64,000 nt of DNA from positions 3,738 to 67,737 of the IMG/VR virus record IMGVR_UViG_3300046812_000216; one strand, 5' to 3'. Shown one piece after another: positions 18,358-25,320 of the stretch (positions within the stretch are counted from its first letter, which is position 1; each line of letters starts with the position of its first letter). The notes below the pieces were generated by a model. The model saw only the letters and a program-made list of their open reading frames with translations. It was not told the origin of the DNA and did not search any database. Position numbers and translations under genes: made by a program. The DNA is from a virus.

Positions 18358-19140
18358 TCAGTTGGAGGCCATCTTCACGCAGACGCCCGCATCGGCGGAC
18401 CTCTGCGCGCCCTTCGAACCGCAGGCGGCGACGACGAAGTGACGCCCCTTGCTATCTGAATAGTCGGCGGCCTTCAATTCACGCGATTTTTCGCCGGGAA
18501 TCTTGCCGTGGTACTCGCCCTTGAACACCGGGTGAGAACCATATTCCTCGCGATAGGCGACCGTCTGCACGGCATAGCGGCCGACGCGGCAGCGGATGCC
18601 GCCAGCCGTCATCGAGACGGCCAGTTCATCGTCCATGCAGAGAGTCTGCAATGCGGCGTCGCGCTGCCCAAAGTTCCACAGCGTGCGCGCATTCAACCGC
18701 TTGTTGCAGGGGCCGTCCTGCCACGGAAAACCCAGCGCTCCCCCTCCTCCCACAGCGGCGCCGCCCAGCGAGACAGAGCCGTTGCAGCTTTCGATGCCCG
18801 CAGCCGCCATGCCGGGCGCAAACACCGCCGGAGCCTGCCCGGTGGTCGTGCTGTTGAAGGTGTTGGTGTTGGCCGCGCCGGACTGGTTGGCGTTGACGGA
18901 GCGGACGCCGACCGTCTGCGCGCTGTTGATGCGCGAATTGACGTTCGAGTTGGAGTTGGACCGGGACTGCGAGGCCGAAGCGGCGTTCGCGGTGTTGCGG
19001 TTGTTCTGGACGGGAGCGGCCACGGCGGTCGAGCGCGAGCCCGAAGTGGCGATGCCGGTGCCGACGCCGATGGCGTTCTGTGCGAAGGCGGTGGTGGAAA
19101 GAAGGCCCAAACCAAGGGCGGCGACAATGATCTTCTGCAT
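18358..19140 (-). CDS. Secreted protein with Asn/Ser-rich region and Cys-containing domain
   Basis: Signal peptide MQKIIVAALGLGLLSTTAFA; SCNGSVSLGG...DGPC...AALQTLC. Confidence 0.7.
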   Translation of the reverse strand: MQKIIVAALGLGLLSTTAFAQNAIGVGTGIATSGSRSTAVAAPVQNNRNTANAASASQSRSNSNSNVNSRINSAQTVGVRSVNANQSGAANTNTFNSTTTGQAPAVFAPGMAAAGIESCNGSVSLGGAAVGGGGALGFPWQDGPCNKRLNARTLWNFGQRDAALQTLCMDDELAVSMTAGGIRCRVGRYAVQTVAYREEYGSHPVFKGEYHGKIPGEKSRELKAADYSDSKGRHFVVAACGSKGAQRSADAGVCVKMASN

Positions 19141-19155
19141 GCTACTGTTCTCCAA

Positions 19156-19374
19156 TTACCAGTTTTGCCATTTGACTTTGTTGCCGATGACCCAGCGGCC
19201 CTCGACCATTGCGGCGTCGAAGAAAGCCTTGACGACATCTTTCATGGCGATCTTGACGTGTTCAGGCATGCTTTCCGCAGGATACTGGCAGGCATCGAGC
19301 TTTTTCTTGCTGTAGACGAGCCAGAGTTCCTGATCGCCGTTGGTGCTCAACGGCTTCTGCACCTTGACGATCAT
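19156..19374 (-). CDS. Hypothetical protein
   Basis: 72 aa operon-packed ORF; RBS GGAGG. Confidence 0.6.
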   Translation of the reverse strand: MIVKVQKPLSTNGDQELWLVYSKKKLDACQYPAESMPEHVKIAMKDVVKAFFDAAMVEGRWVIGNKVKWQNW

Positions 19375-19598
19375 GGCGACACCGCCTCCCTGATCGTCTT
19401 TCTGGTCAGGGAGAGGAAGTTTTCCGCCGCCCGCCAGTCCGATGTCGTCTTTCCATAATAGAGCGGAGGCAGGCCGGGAGCCTTGATGCGAATATGCTTG
19501 CCCATGCTCACTTCAGCTTCATATCCGTTCGTTTTGAGAATTTCGATGGATTGTTTGACGGCGAGGGGAAGTCTCATCTTGATCGTCCTTACATTCAT
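19371..19598 (-). CDS. HicA-like small protein
   Basis: LKTNGY...GKHIRI...KTTSDWRAAENF resembles the HicA dsRBD fold with its GxH motif. Confidence 0.5.
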   Translation of the reverse strand: MNVRTIKMRLPLAVKQSIEILKTNGYEAEVSMGKHIRIKAPGLPPLYYGKTTSDWRAAENFLSLTRKTIREAVSP

Positions 19599-20119
19599 TC
19601 GACAGTGACGGTGACGGCCTCCTTGCCTTTCAATTCTGCGATGTGGGGGAAACCCTTGACGGCGGCGTCGTAGACGCTCTTGAGGTGATCGTGGCCGGAC
19701 TCGAACCAATTGACGCGGTCTTCCGGGAACTTGATTTCTCTTTTCTTGAAATCCTCGAAAGCGTCGAGGACGATCTTGTAAGAGTCGGCGGCCAGACCAA
19801 AAATCGCGCCGACATCGGACATCATCGGCAGGGCGCCGTCATGTTCTTCCTTGATGCTTTCCAGCGTCTCGATGTAGGAGTTTTTGGCGGCGATGTTGTC
19901 GAGCACCGCCTTGCCATATTCGACAAAGATCATGAGATCGCCATCGAGCTTGTCGCTGTTCTTGCTTGTGAGGTAAGTCTCGATCTTGACCTCAAGGGCG
20001 GCGATCTTCTCCATGCAGGCGATTTCTTTCTCGCAGCAGGAAATAAGCTCCGAGACACAGAGCCCCAGCAGCAGGCAATCGGAAATCACGTTTTTATGGA
20101 GGGCCATGGTTTTTTGCAT
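19595..20119 (-). CDS. Hypothetical protein
   Basis: 174 aa helical ORF. Confidence 0.6.
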   Translation of the reverse strand: MQKTMALHKNVISDCLLLGLCVSELISCCEKEIACMEKIAALEVKIETYLTSKNSDKLDGDLMIFVEYGKAVLDNIAAKNSYIETLESIKEEHDGALPMMSDVGAIFGLAADSYKIVLDAFEDFKKREIKFPEDRVNWFESGHDHLKSVYDAAVKGFPHIAELKGKEAVTVTVE

Positions 20120-20197
20120 TTCGTTCGTCCGTTCTTGGTGGTGAGGCCCGCATCTTCGGGCTGATTCGGGCCTCGTGTCAACAATGAAAAGCGAAAA

Positions 20198-20704
20198 TTA
20201 TTCGCCTTCCGAGATTTCGCGAATGTTCTGGATGGCGTCGCGAATTTTGGTCATTTTCGCCGTGTTTCTGGTTTTCTCCGATACCGGCGCGATGCGAAGC
20301 AAAAGAGCCACCGAATGCTCCAGATCGGCGATTTTCGAGAAAAACTCGCGAAGCGCAAGGTCAAACTGGTCCGGCTGGCCGATAAGCCTGACGGTGGGCG
20401 TGTAGACCGGATCTGAGGTTTCCGTGCGCGGAACGTGCGTCCACGCCTGAATTTCAACCGGATCTCCCTTGGCGTCATTGCAGACGACCGTGACCTGTCT
20501 GATCAGGCTCCGCGCCTGATGGACGCGGTGGGCCTCGCCCGCGACCGCATCGTCCCACTCGAAAGCCGGGTGGAGGACGGCGCCTTCCGGCCGGGATTCA
20601 TTCACGACATCTTTTGCGTGAAGGCCGCCTTTCTCTTCGTCGATGCGCTCAAGCTCCGTCTGGATCTTTTCGACCTCGACGCCTGCGATTGTCCGTTTAG
20701 TCAT
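20198..20704 (-). CDS. Conserved phage protein immediately downstream of the GGY-NN array (candidate accessory/effector)
   Basis: RBS GGAGA between the array end and the start codon; motif GLHAKDVVNESR...LHPAFEWDDAVAGEAHRVHQARSLIR. Confidence 0.75.
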   Translation of the reverse strand: MTKRTIAGVEVEKIQTELERIDEEKGGLHAKDVVNESRPEGAVLHPAFEWDDAVAGEAHRVHQARSLIRQVTVVCNDAKGDPVEIQAWTHVPRTETSDPVYTPTVRLIGQPDQFDLALREFFSKIADLEHSVALLLRIAPVSEKTRNTAKMTKIRDAIQNIREISEGE

Positions 20705-20724
20705 TTACTTTCTCCATGTTAATT

Positions 20725-22015
20725 GCCTGCCTTGCCAGACCGGGCGGAACCCCGCCTAGCCTTGCCGCGCCTTGCCTGCCGCGCCTTACCCCACCGCGCC
20801 TTGCCCCTCCAAACACTGCCGCGCCCTGCCTGCCTCGCCGAGCCCCGCCGCACCTGACCGGGCCTCGCCTGCCTTGCCCGGCCGAGCCGCGCGGCGCCGC
20901 GCCACGTATCGCCATGCCTGCCTTGCCTTGCCGCACCCAACCGTGCGCCGCCAAGCCTAGCGCTGCCTGCCTTGCCTATCCGCGCCAAGCCTTGCCTTGC
21001 CCGACCCAGCCTTGCCGAGCCTCGCCTGCCTGCCTTGCCGGGCCGTGCCATTCCTAGCCGGACCCCGCCTTGCCTGCCGCGCCCGGCCTGACCATGCCTT
21101 GCCATGCCGGGCCACACCACGCCTGCCGCGCCCCGCCTAGCCCCGCCTTGCCTAGACGTGCCTTGCCTCGCCGTGCCTGCCTTGCCTTGCCTTGCCGGGC
21201 CAGTCCTCGCCCCGCCTCGCCTTGCCACGCCTGCCTCGCCCCGCCAGACCGAGCCGCGCCCAGATCTGCCGCGCCGCGCCTGCCACGCCATGCCTAACCG
21301 TGCCGCGCCGAAACAAGCCATGCCATGCCTGCCGCGCCTCTCCATGCCAAGCCGCTCCCGGCCCGACCTTGCCTCGCCTGCCTCGCCGCGCCTCGCCACG
21401 CCTTGCCTCGCCACGCCTTGCCTGCCTTGCCTCGCCAGACCCCGCCCAGCCCTGCGTCGCCGCGCCAGCCGTTGCCTCGCCCCGCCTGCCTCGCCGAGCC
21501 GATCCGAGCCGAGCCCTGCCTTGCCAGACCGAGCCTGCCGAGCCAAGCCTGACCCTGCCCAGCCGTGCCTAGTCATGCCTGCCGTGCCGCGCCCCGCCTC
21601 GCCTCGCCGCTCCTTGCCTGCGTTGCCTGACCATACCCGGCCTTGCCACGCCGTGCCGTGCCTGCCGAGCCTTGCCGTGCCGCGCCGTACCCCGCCGCGC
21701 CAGTCCAGACCGGGACGGACCCAGCCTTGCCTTGCCTTGCCGCGCCTGCCGTGCCTGACCGTGACCAGCCTTGCCTTGCCTCGCCGCGCCTGCCGTGCCG
21801 TGCTATGCCGGGCCTCGCCATACCGAGCCGAGCCGCGCCACGCGCTGCCTGCCTTGCCCTGCCTGACCTGACCTAGCCACGCCTGACCGGACCAAGCCTT
21901 GCCCCGCCTGCCCTGCCCTGCCCCGCCGCGCCTTGCCTAGCCTAGCCGTGCCGGGCCTTGCCTGCCGTGCCACACCTTGCCGAGTCGCGCCGAGCCCAGC
22001 GTTGCCACGCCTGCG
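20725..22015 (-). ncRNA. Array of 25 GGY-NN pentamer units separated by GGCAGGC (candidate guide-RNA array, not a CRISPR)
   Basis: GCCTGC(C/G) separators on + start at 20725, 20774, 20828, 20867, 20916, 20965, 21024/21028, 21072, 21121, 21175, 21229, 21278, 21327, 21376, 21420, 21484, 21533, 21577, 21616, 21660, 21744, 21788, 21847, 21906, 21960, 22009. All unit lengths are 39/44/49/54/59/64/84, i.e. 5n+4. Confidence 0.85.
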
Positions 22016-22020
22016 GCGTT

Positions 22021-22048
22021 ATTGGCGCAGAGAGAACCCTACGCCAAT
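22021..22048 (-). promoter_or_regulatory. Leader hairpin between the RAMP-like gene and the array
   Basis: Minus-strand RNA AUUGGCGUAGGG-UUCU-CUCUGCGCCAAU forms a 12 bp stem; its two G-U pairs form only on the minus strand. Confidence 0.65.
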
Positions 22049-22056
22049 CTCTTGAT

Positions 22057-22686
22057 TTAGTTGACGATTTCGAAGGTTCCCCAGCCAAGACCGGCTGATT
22101 CTCGGCTGTCAGGACGACCTTCGCCAACGCCAACCTGTAACCCTGCTCTCAACAACAGATTGGTCACATCTGTCGCTGAAAACTGATCTGCATCAAACTT
22201 GACCTTGAGCGTCAGTCCCCACTCGCGCCACATCGGCCGGACGCGAACATCGGTCACGCCGGAGCTATTGCGGGCGTGCATTTTCAGCATTTCAGGCGCG
22301 CCGACATTGAGGCGCACCAGCGGAATTCCATCAACCCGATCCAGCCCATCGGCCAGAACAAAAACAGACATTTTTGCGACAGTCATCCGGAACCCAACCA
22401 GACGGCAGGCGCTGATCATCGCATTTCTAAATGCTGCGCAAGGAATTCCGATCCAGCCTTCGGTGCTGTAGTGGATGGCGCCGTCCATATCGGCGCTGAA
22501 GTTTCGCGGCTCGCGGATCTTCTTGGAGCGGGCGGTGGTGCCTTCCAGCATTTTGCCTTCCATCGCCTGCCGGGCCTTTTCGCTGAAGCGGGCCTGAACC
22601 AGAGGAGCAGTGCCGGAGAGCAGGAATTCGAGCGTCTGCACATTCGGCGCGGTGATGGCGACAACGGTCTTGATAGGAGCTTTCAT
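22057..22686 (-). CDS. Stand-alone Cas7/RAMP-like RNA-binding protein
   Basis: N-terminal strand LEFLLSGTAPLV; GIPCAAFRNAMISA (cf. the RAMP IPGSSLKGA helix); C-terminal Gly-rich loop AGLQVGVGEGRP...GLGWGTFEI. No other cas genes nearby. Confidence 0.75.
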   Translation of the reverse strand: MKAPIKTVVAITAPNVQTLEFLLSGTAPLVQARFSEKARQAMEGKMLEGTTARSKKIREPRNFSADMDGAIHYSTEGWIGIPCAAFRNAMISACRLVGFRMTVAKMSVFVLADGLDRVDGIPLVRLNVGAPEMLKMHARNSSGVTDVRVRPMWREWGLTLKVKFDADQFSATDVTNLLLRAGLQVGVGEGRPDSRESAGLGWGTFEIVN

Positions 22687-22739
22687 TTCGTTCGTTCTTT
22701 CTTTCGTTTGCGGGGGACGTTTTCCCCTCGACAATTTGC

Positions 22740-22767
22740 ACCATATCGTGTTTGATGGGTTCGTCAA
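22740..22767 (-). promoter_or_regulatory. Candidate promoter for the RAMP-array operon
   Basis: TTGACG-N16-TATGGT on the minus strand in a divergent intergenic gap. Confidence 0.4.
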
Positions 22768-22782
22768 GCACTAAAGGAGTTG

Positions 22783-22962
22783 ATGATGGCTAAAAATAAA
22801 TCCCCAAAGACTGAAGTGGTGAAGATGATCGCTTTTTCCATCCGGCTGCGGCCGGAGGTCGCCGTCAGGCTGCATCGACTGGCGGATAATGAAGAGCGAT
22901 CTGTCGCGTATATGGTCGGCAAGGCGGTCGATATGCTGCTGGCGGAGCGCGCCCGTGGATAA
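22783..22962 (+). CDS. Ribbon-helix-helix (Arc/CopG-like) regulator
   Basis: AFSIRLRPEVAVRLHRLADNEERSVAYMVGKAV; RBS AAGGAG; divergent from the RAMP-like gene. Confidence 0.75.
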   Translation: MMAKNKSPKTEVVKMIAFSIRLRPEVAVRLHRLADNEERSVAYMVGKAVDMLLAERARG

Positions 22963-23548
22963 GGCCAGCAAGAAGGAAAGGCGCGCCCAGCGAGAGGTCG
23001 AGCTTTCGGGCAAGATCCTCGCCCTGCCCGACAAACGCTATGGCGTGATCTATGCCGATCCTCCATGGCGGTTCGAGACATGGTCGGAAAACGGCATGGA
23101 TCGGTCGGCCGAGAACCATTATCCATGCATGAGCCTCGACGCCATCGCCAATATGCCGGTGCCGAAGATCATGGCTAGGGACTGCGCCCTGTTCATGTGG
23201 GCGACTGTCCCGATGCTGGTGAGCGCGCTCAACGTCATGCATTTATGGGGATTCACCTATAAGAGCCATGCGATCTGGGTGAAGCCAAACGCCATCACCG
23301 GCTATTGGTTCAGGAATCGGCACGAATTGCTGCTGGTCGGCACGCGCGGCCAGATCCCGGCGCCAGCGCTGGGGACGCAATTCGAATCGGTGTTTCTGGC
23401 GCCGACCAGCGTCCACAGCGCCAAGCCGGAAAAGGCGGCGCAGATGATCGAGCATTATTATCCCAACATTCCAAAAGTTGAATTGTTTTGCCGTGGTGCG
23501 CCGCGTCCCGGCTGGTCTGGCTGGGGTCAGGAGTGCGAAGGTGAATAA
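22955..23548 (+). CDS. MT-A70 family N6-adenine methyltransferase
   Basis: YGVIYADPPW, HYPCM, LFMWAT, GYWFRNRHELLLVGTRG, HSAKP, VELFCRG. Confidence 0.92.
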   Translation: MDKASKKERRAQREVELSGKILALPDKRYGVIYADPPWRFETWSENGMDRSAENHYPCMSLDAIANMPVPKIMARDCALFMWATVPMLVSALNVMHLWGFTYKSHAIWVKPNAITGYWFRNRHELLLVGTRGQIPAPALGTQFESVFLAPTSVHSAKPEKAAQMIEHYYPNIPKVELFCRGAPRPGWSGWGQECEGE

Positions 23549-23551
23549 TAA

Positions 23552-23612
23552 GGCAGGCTTGGCAAGGCGTGGCACGGTGTAGCAAGGCCCGGCAGGGTTT
23601 GGCATGGCAGGC
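23552..23612 (+). ncRNA. Solo complete GGY-NN unit flanked by GGCAGGC at both ends (candidate guide RNA)
   Basis: ggca ggcTT ggcAA ggcGT ggcAC ggtGT agcAA ggcCC ggcAG ggtTT ggcAT ggcaggc. Separator spacing is 54 = 5x10+4, the same grammar as the main array. Confidence 0.8.
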
Positions 23613-23646
23613 ATGGAAGGGAATCAAGATGGATAGGAGATTTGAA

Positions 23647-23856
23647 ATGCCGGGCGACGACGAAGAAGACCTCAAAATGATGCCGATCAGTGTAAATTTT
23701 GTGCTGCCGGTCGGCATGATTCGCGCCATCGAGGGCGCGGCGCGCGCCGAAAACCTCGCCCCTGCCGACTGGATCGTTCAGGTCATGTCGGAGAAACTCG
23801 GCTTCACAGTATTTTTCAACCCGCCGGAAGCGCCACCCCGCAACGAGCTTAACTGA
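23647..23856 (+). CDS. Small RHH-like protein
   Basis: RBS AGGAGA; beta-alpha-alpha pattern ISVNFVLPVGMIRAIEGAARAENLAPADWIVQVMSEKL. Confidence 0.55.
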   Translation: MPGDDEEDLKMMPISVNFVLPVGMIRAIEGAARAENLAPADWIVQVMSEKLGFTVFFNPPEAPPRNELN

Positions 23857-23868
23857 AGGAACGCACGC

Positions 23869-24384
23869 ATGGCTTATTACATCGGCATCGATCCCGGCAT
23901 CCACGGGGCCATCGCCATCCTCGATTCGCAGGGCAGGCTCATGCACGTCGAGGACATCCCCATCCTGTCGGACGGCGCCAAGAGCCGCTCGACCATCAAC
24001 GCGCCGCTGCTGGTCGATCTGATTCGCAAGACATACGCCGTCGAGGCTTACGTCGAACTGGTGGGCGTCCGGCCGGGCGAGGGCGCAGTCGGCGCTTTCG
24101 CCTTCGGCCGGTGCCGGGGCGTGATCGAGGGCGCGCTGGCGGGCTGCGGCATCCCGATGACGCTGATCGCGCCGCCGACGTGGAAAAAGATCTGCGGCAT
24201 CCCGGCGGGCAAGCTTGGCGCGAAGGATGCGGCGCGCAGCAAGGCCATCGGCCGCTGGCCGGACAAGGCGCCGGACTTCAAGCGGGTCAAAGACGCCGAC
24301 CGGGCCGAAGCGGCGCTGATCGCCTACGCCGGTCTGGTGCGCTTCGGCAAGCTGGAGAAGGTGAGCGCCGACGACGACTTCTGA
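23869..24384 (+). CDS. RuvC-like Holliday junction resolvase
   Basis: YIGIDPGIHGAIA, AYVE, AFAFG, PPTWKK, DRAEAALIA. Confidence 0.88.
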   Translation: MAYYIGIDPGIHGAIAILDSQGRLMHVEDIPILSDGAKSRSTINAPLLVDLIRKTYAVEAYVELVGVRPGEGAVGAFAFGRCRGVIEGALAGCGIPMTLIAPPTWKKICGIPAGKLGAKDAARSKAIGRWPDKAPDFKRVKDADRAEAALIAYAGLVRFGKLEKVSADDDF

Positions 24385-24448
24385 GTCTTAAAAAGTCGAT
24401 TGAGTTTTTTAGACTCAATTAAAATCAAGTAAGAACGGACGAACGGAC

Positions 24449-25012
24449 ATGACGATGGCGCTCAATATCGAAAAAGTGAAAAAAATCCTCCGCCTGCTGG
24501 AAAGCCAGCATGACGGCGAGCGCGCCAACGCCGCCGCCATGCTCCACCGCATCGCGGAGGCCGAGCGGATGAACCTCGATGAGTTGATGAGGATCGTCTA
24601 CAGCGGCGGCCCGCAGGCGAAAGAGGCTCCCAAGCCTAAGTCCAGCGGGTTCTGGGGCGGAGATCCGCCGCCGTGGGAGCGCGACGCGCGCGAAGAAACC
24701 CATCGCCGCAGGCAAAGAGAGCAGGAAAGGGAAGAGCGCGAGCGCCGCGAGCGCGAGGCCCAGCCAATGTGGCAAGACGCCAAAACCAAGTCGGGGATCG
24801 CCTTCGCCGCGATGGGCGACGACGAGCTTCTGAAGACGATGAAGCGCTTTCATGAAGAGATTGGCGAGTCGATGCTGACGCCGTGGGAGCGCGAATTCAC
24901 CACCGACATCACCAACCGGAAATTCGCTTTCCTTAACCTGAGCGACAAGCAGCGCGCGGTGATTTTGCGCATCCTCAAAAAGTATGAGGCTTACGGAAAC
25001 GCGACGTTCTGA
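24449..25012 (+). CDS. Hypothetical protein
   Basis: N-terminal KILRLLESQHDGERANAA; C-terminal LTPWEREF...LSDKQRAVILRI. Confidence 0.65.
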   Translation: MTMALNIEKVKKILRLLESQHDGERANAAAMLHRIAEAERMNLDELMRIVYSGGPQAKEAPKPKSSGFWGGDPPPWERDAREETHRRRQREQEREERERREREAQPMWQDAKTKSGIAFAAMGDDELLKTMKRFHEEIGESMLTPWEREFTTDITNRKFAFLNLSDKQRAVILRILKKYEAYGNATF

Positions 25013-25047
25013 GATTCGCTTTGGGGGTCGGTTTGGGATTATGCTGC

Positions 25048-25078
25048 AAAAAAGAAGGGGCGCCCGAAAGCGCCCCCT
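25048..25078 (-). terminator. Hairpin with A-tract (intrinsic terminator-like)
   Basis: A-run then GGGGCGC-CCGAAA-GCGCCCC. Confidence 0.4.
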
Positions 25079-25320
25079 CGATCCACCCCCGGTAACCAGC
25101 CGGAGATGTGTCACCACCACCCAAGACCAAAAGGCTAGAAAGGAGAACCTGTTCAATCCACCACAGATCGTTTGGCTCTATCCCATCAGGCGTTTGGCTG
25201 TTCCAGATATAGCGGTTTCCTCTCCTGTCCGCAATGTCTGCCTAGCCTGCGCCTCGCAAAATTGAGGCATGATATGTCGAATGTAGGAACAATTTTCCCT
25301 TTCCAGAAAGCGATTCGGCC

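Noticed and set aside
20867-20916. Unit decoding as F-R-E-A-A-A-T-S-I resembling terL FREAVPT/WREAIAAESI
   Set aside because: Only 13/18 identity or needs a gap; within chance for a by-eye search.
21847-21906. Unit ending GG AA TT CC resembling the major capsid C-terminus GNFP
   Set aside because: 15/22 with scattered mismatches; not significant without a database search.
20725-22015. Classical CRISPR array or simple microsatellite
   Set aside because: There is no 23-47 nt repeat with unique spacers and no cas1/cas2. The NN positions are highly variable while triplets and separators are fixed, which does not fit slippage-generated satellites.
20697-22133. Many overlapping Arg/Gly/Ala- or Pro/Cys/Leu-rich ORFs across the repeat region
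   Set aside because: Artefacts of a stop-poor 5-nt periodic sequence; 5n+4 unit lengths do not preserve a reading frame.
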